A stretch of DNA of 64,000 nucleotides from an uncultured delta proteobacterium (lineage in GTDB: Bacteria; Myxococcota; Myxococcia; Myxococcales; Anaeromyxobacteraceae). The stretch is from contig CAWJSR010000002.1 of the NCBI GenBank assembly GCA_963845515.1, positions 1 through 64,000 on the forward strand, read 5' to 3'. The position numbers and the translations under genes were made by a program. Below, piece by piece: positions 1 to 11,686 of the stretch (positions within the stretch are counted from its first letter, which is position 1; each line of letters starts with the position of its first letter). The notes beneath the pieces are model-generated. The model was not told where the DNA came from, searched no databases, and was given only the letters and a program-made list of their open reading frames with translations.

Positions 1-400
1 TCCACCGGGGCCTCCGGCGGCTCCGCCGCCAGGTCGCGCAGCAGCGCAAGCAGGGCGGTCACGGCCGCCTTGTCGTCGGCGCCGAGGATCGTGTCGCCGG
101 CGCTGCGCGCGACGCCGTTCTCGATGACGACGCGCACCTCGCCCTCGACCGGGACGGTGTCCATGTGAGCACAGAGCGCGATCGGCGTGCCGGCGCCGTG
201 GCCGGGGACGCGCACGATGAGGTTGCCGGCGCCCGCGCCGGTGCGCGGCGCCGAGTCGTCCTCGTGCACGTCCAATCCCGCGGCCCGACCTCGGCGACGA
301 TGAGGTCGGCGACGGCGCGCTCACGGCCGGACGGCGATGGCGTCTCGGCGAGACGGACGAAGAGCGCCGTGAGGTCGTCGAGCGTCGCCGTCATCGCCAT
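1..400 (-). CDS. M20-family (peptidase T-like) metallohydrolase, N-terminal part, frameshifted, runs off window edge
   Basis: Stitched translation [30 protein letters not shown]...GNLIVRVPG...LCAHMDTV...[15 protein letters not shown] and GADDKA are M20 metal-binding motifs; frameshift near 280. Confidence 0.75.
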
Positions 401-416
401 GCCTCGCGCGCCGCGC

Positions 417-2080
<1,664 letters not shown>

Positions 2081-2304
2081 GCCCCTCTTCCCCTCCTGGT
2101 GCGCGCTCGCCCGGGCGGTCACCGCATCGCCGCGGACTCGTGAGCGGCGCGCCCGACACCGGGCCAGGCGCTGCGCACGCGGGCCGGCGCGCGGCTACGC
2201 GGGAGTACGGCGGGATTCTGCGGGTGGCAAGGCTCGCGCCCGTCTGCGAGGTACGGGCCGACGCGATGGTCGAACGGCGGGCCCATGGAGTCACTCGGGA
2301 GGCC

Positions 2305-2313
2305 AGTATATCA
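2305..2313 (-). promoter_or_regulatory. Putative extended -10 promoter (TGnTATACT) upstream of pyrG
   Basis: Minus strand reads TGATATACT in an otherwise GC-rich intergenic region ~225 nt before the pyrG ATG. Confidence 0.4.
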
Positions 2314-2377
2314 GACGCGAGGGCCGGCGGCCACGGGAGGCCCGGGCACGGCTGGGCCGGCTGCACGGCCCGGGCGG

Positions 2378-3045
2378 TCAGCCCGCGGCGCCCGCCGAGC
2401 AGGCCCTCGGCGTGGCTGCGGACCGTCCTCGTCGCCGTCGCCGCCACCGAGCATGCGGCACATCTCGTCGATGCGCGGCTCGTCGTCGACCGGACGCACC
2501 GTCGGTCTCGGTGACGTCGGCCGCGGCGTCGGCACGACTTCACGATCACGAAGTGGCGCTCGGCGAACGCCGCCACCTGCGGCCAGGTGCGTGATGCACA
2601 CGATCTGGCGGCGCTCGGCGAGCGCCGCGAGGCGCTCGCCGAGCACGCGCCGCCGGTGCGGCCCCGCCGATGCCGGTGTCGACCTCGTCGAAGATCAGCG
2701 TCTCGACGTCGTCGCCGAGCGTCACCATGCCGCTGATGGCGAGCATCGCGCGCGACAGCTCGCCGCCGGCGGAGGCCGTCTCGCGCAGCGGCCGCAGCGG
2801 CAGCGCCGGGGTTGGCCGCGAAGAGGAACTCGACCTCGTCGGCGCCGCGAGGACCGAGCGCCGCGAAGCGCGCCGCCAGGCCCGGCTCGCTGGACGCCGC
2901 GTCACCGCCGGCGTCCGCGTGTGGGCCCTGGTGCGGCACCGTCGCCATCCTCCGGCAGTCCGACGTCGCCCGACGCAGTCTCTGGGCTGCCGACCGCCGC
3001 AGTCTGTGCGCCGGCGTCCTCGGGCGACGGGACGTGGCGTCAGCT
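2378..3045 (-). CDS. recN: DNA repair protein RecN, C-terminal fragment only, frameshifted
   Basis: [75 protein letters not shown]; the N-terminal Walker A part is absent. Confidence 0.85.
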
Positions 3046-5977
3046 CGACCACCGCCTCGGACAGGGAGCTGGACCGCTCCAGGGCGACCCCGTACCAGAG
3101 GTGGTGGAGCGCGTTGGCGCCGTCGAGATCGATCGCCCGCTTGAGCCTGGTCAGCGCCCCCGGCAGCTCGCCCTTCGCGAGCAGCGCCCTGCCGAGCCAG
3201 AACTGGGCCTCCGCGAGGTTGATGTCGAGGGCGGTGGCGTTCTCGGCCGCCTTGAGCGCGCCCGGCACGTCCCCCAGCTCCAGCCGCACGGCGCCGAGCC
3301 GGGCGAAGCCGACGGCGTCGCGGGGCGCCGCGTCCGCCGCGCTCCTCAGCTCGGCCTCGGCCCCCTTCAGGTCTCCAGACTTCCAGAGCAGCTCGCCGTG
3401 GAGGCGGCGGGCGTCGACGCGCCCCGGGTCGATCGCGAGGGCCCGCTCGACGTCGGCGCGTGCGCCCACGAGGTCTCCCCGGATGAGTGAGATCCGCGCG
3501 AGCCCGATCAGCGCCGGCGCGTGCTCCCCGTCGAGCGCGAGCGCCTTGCGGAAGGCCGCCTCGGCCGCGGCGACGTCCCCCTCGGCCTGCCTGAGCTCGC
3601 CGAGCGCGGCGAGCGGGGCGGGCGCGCCAGCGCTCCGCTCCACGGCGCCGGCGATCTCGGTCTGGGCGAGCGCCAGGTTGCCCGCCGCCATCGCGAGGCG
3701 TGCGAGCGCCACGCGCGGCTCCCACCCGGTGGGGGCGCGGGCGATGGCGTCGCGGTAGCTCGCCTGCGCCTCCGCCAGCTTCCCTGTCTGCTCCTGCACC
3801 ATGCCCCGGGCCACCAGCAGCCTGGGGTTGCCGGGTGACGCGGCGAGCGCGGCGTCGACCAGCGTCGACGCGTCGAGCGCCCGTCCGGCGCCGACCAGCG
3901 CCCGGACGCGGACGTCGGCCAGCTCGGCGTCCTTCGCAGCGCCGGCAGCGACCGGATCCGTCGCGAGCACCGCGCCGGCCGGGTCGCTCCGCCTCAGCCG
4001 GTGGTTGGCGAGCGCGATGCGCGCCGCACCGAAGCTGCCGTCGGCGGCCACCGCGTCGGCCAGGAGCTTCTCGACCTCCGGCGCAGCCGCGGCGCGCCCC
4101 GCGAGCAGCTGGGCGCTGACCGTCAGCATCCGCGCGCGGCCGAGCGGCGAGAGCGCGCCCGCGGCGGCGGGCTCGACCAGCGGCGCGAGCAGCGCCTTCG
4201 CCCTGGCGGCGTCGCCGGCAGCCGCGGCCGCGGCGGCCCCCTCGATCCGCGCGTCGGAGAGCGTGGCATCCGACGCGAGCGCCTTCTCGAAGGCCGGCAG
4301 GGCCTCCGCCCCCTTGCCCTGCGCCACGAGGGCCAGCGCGAGCCCGAGCGCCACGCGCGAGGTGCCGGGCTGGAGCTGCTCCAACCGCCTGAGCTGCGCC
4401 GCCGCGCGAGCGCCGTCGCGACGGGCCAGCGCCGAGCGCGCCAGCAACGCCACGATCTCGGGCTCGGGCTTCTCCTTGGCGATCGCCTGCTCCAGCGCCG
4501 CCTCACCCGGGGCGAGCGCCGCGGCGTCGCCGCCGGCGACGGCGAGCGCCAGCGCGGCGGCGAGCGCCGGGGCCGACCCGGGCGCCTCGTCGGCGAGCCC
4601 CTTCGCAGCCGCCGCCGCGCGCTGCGCCGCGTCGGGGCCGGCTGCGTGGCGCTGCTGCACCGCGCCCGCTGCGAGGACGTAGACCAGCCGCGCGTCGGCG
4701 TCGTCGGGAGCCGCCGTCAGCGCCTCTGTCGCCAGCTTGAGCGCGTCGCGCTCGCCGGTGAAGTCTCCCCGTGCCAGTCCGGCCTTCGCCTTCCCCACGA
4801 TGGCCGCGACGCGCGAGCGCTCGGCGTCGGAGCGGAACGCGCGGAAGAAGAAGAGCCCGTACGGCGTGAAGATCCCGGCGACGCCCACGCCGGCCAGGAC
4901 GACGACGAGCGCCACCGCGACGGCGTACTTCACCCACCGCGGGCGGGTCCGGAGTATCCGGCCTCCCTCGCCCACCTTCACCGGCGCGATGCGGGAGCCG
5001 AAGGGGACCGCGGGGACGGGCTGCCCTCCAGGCGGCGGAGCGTTGGCCCTGCCCGCCGCGTCGCGGAAGACCGCGACCGCGCTCATCGGCTGCCACGTCT
5101 CGCCGCGGTCCGAGGAGACGTCCTCGTTCCCCTGCAGCTCGCCCTTCTGCAGCATCTCGGCGATCGCGTCGGCGGGGAACGGGCCGAAGATCTTTCCGGA
5201 GCGCCGCCGGACCTGGAAGTCGGCGTCCATGGAGAGCGGCCCGGTCGCGCCGCCCCCGGGTGCGGGGGTGGCGGCCGGCTTCGGGGAGTCTCCGTAGAGG
5301 TCCTCCAGCTCCTCACCGCCCTGCGCCGCAGGGGGCGCTCCACGAGCCGGCGCGGCGAAGGGATCGGGCACCGTGGGGGCGGGCGGAGCGGCGTGGGGCG
5401 GAGGGAGCGGGGGCCCGTCCGCCTCGAAGTCGATCTCACCGAACGACACCGGCGCCATGGAGGCTTGCGGCGCAGCCGCAGGTGGCGGCATCGCGAAGGG
5501 GTTGTCAGCGAGCTCCGGCGGTGGCGGCATCGCGAACGGGTTGTCGGCGAGCTCCTGCGGCGGCGGCATCGCGAACGGGTTGTCCGCTGGCTCCTGCGGC
5601 GGCGGCATCGCGAACGGGCTGTCCTCGAGCTCCTGCGGCGGCGGCATCGCGAACGGGTTGTCCGCGGGCTCCTGCGGCGGCGGCATCGCGAACGGGTTGT
5701 CCGCGAACTCCTGCGGCGGCATCGCGAACGGGCTGTCCGCGAACTCCTGCGGCGGCATCGCGAAGGGATTCTCGGGCGCGGGCAGCGGGATCGATCCAGG
5801 CTGCTGATCGAACGCGAACGGCTCCTCCACGGGCGGAGGGGGAGGAGCGGCCTCGGCCTCGCGCATGACCGGGAACGTGGCCGAGCACTTCGGGCACTTC
5901 ACGTTCAGCCCGGCGGCCGGGATCCGGCGATCGTCGATGCTGTAGTGGGCGCCGCAGTGGGGGCAGTTGACCTTCAT
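3046..5977 (-). CDS. Zinc-ribbon (MJ0042-type) / GYF-like / TM / TPR-repeat protein, C-terminus lost at junction with recN
   Basis: [31 protein letters not shown]; Pro-rich linker; [14 protein letters not shown]...W; TM helix [20 protein letters not shown]; long Ala/Leu-rich TPR helices. Confidence 0.8.
5479..5772 (-). repeat. Intragenic tandem repeat, 8 copies of 36-39 bp encoding (N/S)PFAMPP(P)QExxD
   Basis: ggcggcatcgcgaa recurs 8 times; 8 PFAMPP motifs in the translation. Confidence 0.95.
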
Positions 5978-6115
5978 GGCGTGGCTCGGCTCCGCTCCTG
6001 GTCTCGCGCCGTAATCGCTGGGAATATCGACGGTAACACCGGCTCCGCTCGACCTTCAAGGAGTCGTGCGCACGGGGGGATCGCCCCAGGACGGACCGTG
6101 GTACAGGAGGATCGG

Positions 6116-6970
6116 ATGGAGTCCCTGGGGGCGGCACTTCTGGAACGGCTCCGAGCCTGGACGCTGGAGCTCGGCGGCGACGAGCTGCGCGCCCGGCTCG
6201 CGAAGCTGACCCCGCCGGCCAACGAGTATGGGATCGACCCCTTCGGTCTCGACCTCGACTACGCGGTGGCCGCGATCGCCCCGCTGCTGTGGCTCTACAA
6301 GAAGTACTTCCGCGTGCAGCTCCACGGCGTGGAGCGCGTCCCGTCGGAGGGGCGCGTCCTCCTCGTCGCCAACCACTCGGGGCAGCTCCCGTTCGACGCC
6401 GCGATGATCGGCATGGCGCTGCTCGTGGAGCGCGATCCACCGCGCGTCATGCGCGCGCTGGTGGAGCGCTGGGTACCCGCGCTGCCATTCTTCTCCAGCA
6501 CCATGGCCCGGCTCGGTCAGGTGGTCGGCACCCCGGACAACTGCCGCCGCCTGCTCTCCGCCGGCGAGGCGATCCTCACCTTCCCCGAGGGTGTGCGCGG
6601 GCTCAACAAGCCCTGGTCCGAGCGCTACCGACTGCAGCGGTTCGGGCGAGGCTTCATGCGGCTGGCGCTCGAGTCGGGCGTCCCCATCGTGCCGGTGGGG
6701 GTCGTGGGCGCCGAGGAGCAGTCGCCCTCGCTGGCCGACATCAAGCCGCTGGCGCGGCTCCTCTCCATGCCGGCGTTCCCGCTCACCCCCACGCTGCTCC
6801 CCTTCCCGCTCCCGGCGCGCCACAGGATCTGGTTCGGCGAGCCGATGCACTTCGAGGGGTCGCCGGAGGCGGAGGATCCCGAGATCGAGGAGAAGGTGGA
6901 GCGGGTCCGCGCCGCCATCGCCGCGCTCCTCGCCAGGGGGCTGGCCGCGCGGGAGGGGATCTTCCGATGA
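6116..6970 (+). CDS. Lysophospholipid/glycerol acyltransferase (PlsC-like)
   Basis: LVANHSGQLPFD (HxxxxD), FPEG, VPIVPVGVVG; AGGAGG before ATG. Confidence 0.88.
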   Translation: MESLGAALLERLRAWTLELGGDELRARLAKLTPPANEYGIDPFGLDLDYAVAAIAPLLWLYKKYFRVQLHGVERVPSEGRVLLVANHSGQLPFDAAMIGMALLVERDPPRVMRALVERWVPALPFFSSTMARLGQVVGTPDNCRRLLSAGEAILTFPEGVRGLNKPWSERYRLQRFGRGFMRLALESGVPIVPVGVVGAEEQSPSLADIKPLARLLSMPAFPLTPTLLPFPLPARHRIWFGEPMHFEGSPEAEDPEIEEKVERVRAAIAALLARGLAAREGIFR

Positions 6971-7944
6971 GCCCGGGCGAGGCCACTGAGCGGATGACCG
7001 TCGCGATCACCGGGATCGCCGGGAACCTCGGCCTGGCGCTCGCGCGCCACCTCGCCCACTCGGTCGACCTGCTCGGGATCGACCACCGCCCGTTCCCCGA
7101 TGAGCGGCTCGGCGTCGAGCACTGGCAGGTGGACCTGCGAAAGGCCCGGGTGGAGGAGCCGTTCGCGGCACGGCGCGTGGACGCCCTCGTGCACATGGGC
7201 ATCGTGCACGACAGCGAACTCCCCTCGACCGAGGTCCACGACCTCAACGTCGTCGGGACGAAGCGGCTCCTCGAGCTCTGCGAGCGGCACGGCGTCCGGA
7301 AGGTGGTCGTCCTCTCGTCGGCCAACGTCTACGGACCTGCACCGGACAACTCGAGCTTCCTCCCGGAGGAGACGCCGCTGCTCGCGACGGCGCGGCGCGG
7401 GGACATGCGGGACCTCGTCCAGATCGACATGTACGCGCAGTCGTTCCTCTGGCGCCACACGGAGGTCGAGACCGTGATCGTGAGGCCCGTGAACGTCGTC
7501 GGCCCCACCGTCCGCAACGCCCCCACCAACTACCTCCGCCTGCAGCGCCCCCTCACGGCGCTCGGCTTCGACCCCATGCTCCAGCTCATCCACGAGGCGG
7601 ACGTCTGCCGGGCGCTGGAGGCGGCGCTCCGGCCCGGCGTGCGCGGCGTCTTCAACGTGGTCGGCCCCGGTGAGCTGCCGCTCTCCGCCATCCTGCGCGA
7701 GCTCGGGCGCGACCCCATCCCCGTCCCGCACTTCCTCCTCCGCCCCATGCTCCGCTGTCTCCAGGACGAGCGCGGCGGCGTCTTCCCCCCGGACGAGGTG
7801 GACCACCTCCAGTTCGCGTGCACCGTCGACGGGTCCCGGGCGGTTCGGGAGCTGGGGTGGTCGCCCAGCCGGACGCTGCGCGAGACGATCAGGAGCGTGC
7901 TCCGGGAGGCCACCGCTCCCCCGCGGGGGAGAGGGCAGGGTTAG
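6967..7944 (+). CDS. NAD-dependent epimerase/dehydratase (extended SDR)
   Basis: AITGIAGNLG Rossmann motif, LSSANVYG, RPVNVVGP; ATGA overlap with upstream gene. Confidence 0.85.
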   Translation: MSPGEATERMTVAITGIAGNLGLALARHLAHSVDLLGIDHRPFPDERLGVEHWQVDLRKARVEEPFAARRVDALVHMGIVHDSELPSTEVHDLNVVGTKRLLELCERHGVRKVVVLSSANVYGPAPDNSSFLPEETPLLATARRGDMRDLVQIDMYAQSFLWRHTEVETVIVRPVNVVGPTVRNAPTNYLRLQRPLTALGFDPMLQLIHEADVCRALEAALRPGVRGVFNVVGPGELPLSAILRELGRDPIPVPHFLLRPMLRCLQDERGGVFPPDEVDHLQFACTVDGSRAVRELGWSPSRTLRETIRSVLREATAPPRGRGQG

Positions 7945-7947
7945 GGG
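7916..7947. repeat. REP-like palindrome (partial) forming the 3' end of the epimerase gene
   Basis: CTCCCCCGCGGGGGAG palindrome followed by AGGGCAGGGTTAGGGG; similar to copies at 9695, 21158 and 36003. Confidence 0.55.
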
Positions 7948-7974
7948 CGGCGATCCGGGTTAGATTCGTCCCGC

Positions 7975-8856
7975 ATGTCCGATCGCATCTGCCGCGGCAT
8001 CTATCCCTCCCGCGGGCTCCGCGTAATCTTCGCCCGGGTCACCGAGACGGCGCGCCTCGCGCGCATGCTCCACGGCCTCTACCCCACGAGCGCCCACCTC
8101 TTCGCGCAGGGGCTCGCGGGCGGCATCCTGCTCGCCGCGCTCCAGAAGGCGGACGACGAGCACGTGAATCTCCAGCTCGAGTGCGACGGCCCGGTGGGTG
8201 GCTTCCTCGTCGACGCAGACGCCTCCGGGAACGTCCGCGGCTACGTCCGGCACGCGGCGGTCCACTTCCCCGGTGACGCGACGCGCGGCGCGCACGCTGC
8301 CCTCGGAGGGACGGGCCACCTTACCGTCCTCAGGCAGGTGCCCGACGGGGGCTACTACCAGAGCACCGTCCAGCTCGAGGCCTTCGACCTGGTCGAGGAC
8401 CTGCGCCGCTGGTTCACGACCAGCGAGCAGGTGGCGACCGCACTCGACCTCTGCATCCTGCCGCACGGAGACGAGCCGCTCGGCGACGCCGTCGGTCTGT
8501 TGGTCCAGCGGCTCCCGGACGGCGACGAGGGGGCGGTGGCGGCGGCGCGTGCCCGGATCGCCGGGGGCGCGCTGCCCGAGGCGCTGACCAGGGATCCCCA
8601 CCCCCAGGCGGCGATCCGGGCGGTCCTCGGGGAGGGCTTCGAGCTGATGGCCGACATGGAGGTCGCGTATCGCTGCGGCTGCGACCACGCCCGGGCCCGG
8701 GCCGCGGCCTCGGCCCTCGGGGTCGAGGGGATCGACGAGGTCCTGGCGGCCGAGCGGCAGGTGGTGATCGACTGCCAGTTCTGCAAGAAGCAGTACGTGA
8801 TCGACGAGGCGGAGCTGCGGGAGATCCGGGGGAAGCTCTCGTCGCAGGGCGGGTGA
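7975..8856 (+). CDS. hslO: Hsp33 redox-regulated chaperone
   Basis: LQLECDGPVG, GNVRGYV, SEQVATA, C-terminal Zn centre YRCGC...IDCQFC. Confidence 0.9.
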   Translation: MSDRICRGIYPSRGLRVIFARVTETARLARMLHGLYPTSAHLFAQGLAGGILLAALQKADDEHVNLQLECDGPVGGFLVDADASGNVRGYVRHAAVHFPGDATRGAHAALGGTGHLTVLRQVPDGGYYQSTVQLEAFDLVEDLRRWFTTSEQVATALDLCILPHGDEPLGDAVGLLVQRLPDGDEGAVAAARARIAGGALPEALTRDPHPQAAIRAVLGEGFELMADMEVAYRCGCDHARARAAASALGVEGIDEVLAAERQVVIDCQFCKKQYVIDEAELREIRGKLSSQGG

Positions 8857-8968
8857 TCCGGGCGGGTGATTTAGCGGGCCGGGACGTGATCCGCCGGCGC
8901 CCCCGGTGGTAGATTGCTGGCTCTCCACCTTGCGCCGGCCTCCCCGGCCCCGAACCCAGGAGCGAGCC

Positions 8969-9676
8969 ATTCCGCCCGCCAAGAAGAAGCCCACGAAGAA
9001 GTCGCCGGTGGCCGCCCTCAAGAAGCTCGCCGTCCGGCTCAAGGCGTCCCGCAGCGCCGCGAAGAAGCGGAGCGTGGAGCAGGAGCAGTTCCTCGGCATG
9101 GCAGTCGCCGACGCCTACGCGCTGGAGCGCCTCAAGGCCCCCGCCGCCATGAAGTCCGCGCCCAAGAAGGCGATGCGCGAGATCAGCTGGGCGAAGTTCG
9201 GCGAGATCGCCCGGCAGCTCGCGACCCGCATCTCCAAGCGCTACAAGCCCGACGCGGTCGTGGGGATCGCGAAGGGTGGCGTGTTCGTCGGCAGCGCCGT
9301 CGCCTCGGTCCTCGGGACGGACTTCTTCCCGGTCCGCGTCGAGTCGCGCCGCCGTGACGCCGCGCCCAACCCGGAGGCCTCCGACCAGTTCCCCGACCTC
9401 AAGGGGAAGCGCGTCCTCATCGTCGACGACGTCTGCCAGACCGGCACCACGCTCAAGAAGGCGCGGCAGCTCGCGAAGAAGGCCGGCGCGAAGGACGTGA
9501 AGAGCGCCACCCTCGTCGTCCGCCCCGGCGGCGCGCGCCCGGACTTCTTCGCCGTCGAGACGAGCGAGCTCGTCCTCTTCGGCTGGGACTACCAGCTCGA
9601 CCAGACCGACGCCGGTCAGGGCGACCTGCACGCCTACGAGGACGACGAGACGGATCCGGGCGAGATCGGGGTCTAG
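8969..9676 (+). CDS. Type I phosphoribosyltransferase with Lys/Ala-rich N-terminal tail (start uncertain: ATT 8969 or ATG 9098)
   Basis: VVGIAKGG, PRPP-binding VLIVDDVCQTGTTL, LFGWDY. Confidence 0.8.
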   Translation: MPPAKKKPTKKSPVAALKKLAVRLKASRSAAKKRSVEQEQFLGMAVADAYALERLKAPAAMKSAPKKAMREISWAKFGEIARQLATRISKRYKPDAVVGIAKGGVFVGSAVASVLGTDFFPVRVESRRRDAAPNPEASDQFPDLKGKRVLIVDDVCQTGTTLKKARQLAKKAGAKDVKSATLVVRPGGARPDFFAVETSELVLFGWDYQLDQTDAGQGDLHAYEDDETDPGEIGV

Positions 9677-9694
9677 CGAGCACTCTCTGCCTCA

Positions 9695-9723
9695 TCCCCT
9701 CTCCCTCATTGAGGGAGAGGGGA
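9695..9723. repeat. REP-like palindrome between the PRT gene and selB
   Basis: TCCCCTCTCCCTCA-T-TGAGGGAGAGGGGA perfect arms. Confidence 0.7.
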
Positions 9724-9733
9724 AGAAGTCGAT

Positions 9734-11686
9734 ATGAAACGCGTCGTCATAGGCACGGCCGGCCACATCGACCACGGCAAGACGGCGCTGGTCCGCGCGC
9801 TCACGGGCATCGACACCGACCGGCTCTCCGAGGAGAAGCGGCGGGGCATCACCATCGAGCTGGGCTTCGCCCACCTCGCGCTCCCCGACGGCACCGTCGC
9901 AGGAGTCGTCGACGTCCCCGGCCACGAGAAGTTCGTCAAGTCGATGGCCGCTGGCGCGGGCGGCGTCGACCTGGTCCTCCTCGTCGTGGCAGCCGACGAG
10001 GGCGTCATGCCCCAGACCCGCGAGCACCTCGACATCTGCCGCCTGCTCGGCGTGCCCCGCGGCCTCGTCGCCGTGACCAAGTCGGATCTCCTCCCGGGGC
10101 TCGGCGCCGACTGGCTGCCGCTGCTCGAGCAGGAGATCCGCGCCGCGACCGCCGGCACCTTCCTCGAGGCCGCGCCGATCGTCGCCGTCTCCGCCGCCAC
10201 GGGCGAGGGGCTCGACCAGCTCCGAGAGGCGCTCGCGGCCGCGGTGGCCGAGGTCCCCGAGCGCCCCACCGACGGCCCCCTGATGCTCCCCATCGACCGG
10301 GCCTTCTCCCTGAAGGGGTTCGGCACGGTCGTGACCGGGACGCTCCTCTCCGGCCAGCTCGCCGAGGGGGAGACTGTCGCCCTCTGCCCGCCCTCGCCGG
10401 GGATCGACCCGCTGCGCACCCGCACGGTGCAGATCCACGGGTCGCACGCCCCGCGCGCCCTCGCCGGCCAGCGGACCGCGGTCAACCTCCCCGGGATCGA
10501 GCCGGCGGCCATCCACCGCGGTCAGGCGCTCGTGCGCGCCGGGGAGATCACGGCGGCCCGGATCCTCGATGCCGAGGTGACGCTCCTCGCAGCGGCCGGG
10601 CGGCCGCTGCCTGCCCGCTCCCGCCTGCTGCTCCACGTCGGCACGGCGCAGGTCCCGGCCGTGGTGGCGCTCCTCGATCGCGACGAGCTGGCCCCGGGCG
10701 CCACGGCGCTCGTCCAGATCCGGCTCGGCGAGCCGGCTGCGACGCTGCCCGGCCAGCGCTTCATCCTCAGGGGGACCGCGTCGCTGGAGGGGCGTGGCCG
10801 GACGCTCGCCGGCGGACGAGTCCTCGCCACCGGGGGAGCCCGCCGCCGGCGCGGACGGCCCGAGTCCATGGCGCAGCTCGCGCGGCTCGCCCACGGCGAC
10901 GCCGACGCCCGCACGCTCGCCGTGCTGGAGCTCGCGGGGCCGGCGGGGCTCGCCACCGAGCCGCTCGCCGGCGCCACCGGGCTCGGCGCCAAGGTCATGC
11001 AGGGGGCGCTGGAGCGGCTCTCGACGAACGGGGAGGCCCTCCTCTTCGACCGCGACCGGCGCGCGTGGGTGGCGGGACCGGTCGTGCGGGGGCTGGAGGC
11101 GCGCCTCCTCGCGGCGGTCGATGCGTTCCACGCGGCGCAGCCGCTCGCCGCCGGCATCGGCCGTGAGACGCTCCGCGCGGCGCTGCCTCCGGTGGTCGAT
11201 CCCCGGCTCTTCCAGCGGCTGCTCGCGCGGCTCGCGGAGCGCGCGGAGCTGGTCGCGGAGGGGGACCACGTCAGGCGCCGCGGCCACGCCGCCGCCACCG
11301 GGAGCGGCGCCGGGGCGACGCTCAAGGATGCCGTCGCGCACGCGCTCGCGGCCGGCGGGCTGACGCCGCCGTGGACCGCCGACCTGCCGGCGCTGGTGAA
11401 GGGGAGCGCCGCCGACGTCGCGGCCGTGCTGAAGCTCCTCGCCGCCGAGGGGCGTGCCGTCCGGACCTCGCCCGAGCTCTACTTCGACGCCGGCGCGGTC
11501 GCCGCCCTGCAGGCGCGCCTCGTGGCCTTCCTGCGAGAGCGGCGGGAGATCACCACGCAGGAGTTCAAGGAGCTGGTGGGCGGGTCGCGCAAGTACGTCA
11601 TCCCGCTCGCCGAGTACTTCGACCGCGAGCGGGTGACGCTCCGCGTCGGCGAGCGGCGCGTGCTGCGGGGGGAGGGGCGCACGTGA
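9734..11686 (+). CDS. selB: Selenocysteine-specific elongation factor
   Basis: [40 protein letters not shown]-terminal winged helix [13 protein letters not shown]. Confidence 0.96.
   Translation: MKRVVIGTAGHIDHGKTALVRALTGIDTDRLSEEKRRGITIELGFAHLALPDGTVAGVVDVPGHEKFVKSMAAGAGGVDLVLLVVAADEGVMPQTREHLDICRLLGVPRGLVAVTKSDLLPGLGADWLPLLEQEIRAATAGTFLEAAPIVAVSAATGEGLDQLREALAAAVAEVPERPTDGPLMLPIDRAFSLKGFGTVVTGTLLSGQLAEGETVALCPPSPGIDPLRTRTVQIHGSHAPRALAGQRTAVNLPGIEPAAIHRGQALVRAGEITAARILDAEVTLLAAAGRPLPARSRLLLHVGTAQVPAVVALLDRDELAPGATALVQIRLGEPAATLPGQRFILRGTASLEGRGRTLAGGRVLATGGARRRRGRPESMAQLARLAHGDADARTLAVLELAGPAGLATEPLAGATGLGAKVMQGALERLSTNGEALLFDRDRRAWVAGPVVRGLEARLLAAVDAFHAAQPLAAGIGRETLRAALPPVVDPRLFQRLLARLAERAELVAEGDHVRRRGHAAATGSGAGATLKDAVAHALAAGGLTPPWTADLPALVKGSAADVAAVLKLLAAEGRAVRTSPELYFDAGAVAALQARLVAFLRERREITTQEFKELVGGSRKYVIPLAEYFDRERVTLRVGERRVLRGEGRT

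Noticed and set aside
5479..5772. Tandem repeat as a CRISPR array
   Set aside because: No unique spacers, unit length is a multiple of 3 inside a CDS, no cas genes.
2546..5977. 1143-aa ORF as a novel zinc-ribbon/TPR-RecN fusion protein
   Set aside because: The RecN part is fragmentary, switches frame and lies in the noisy block; a chimeric join explains it better.
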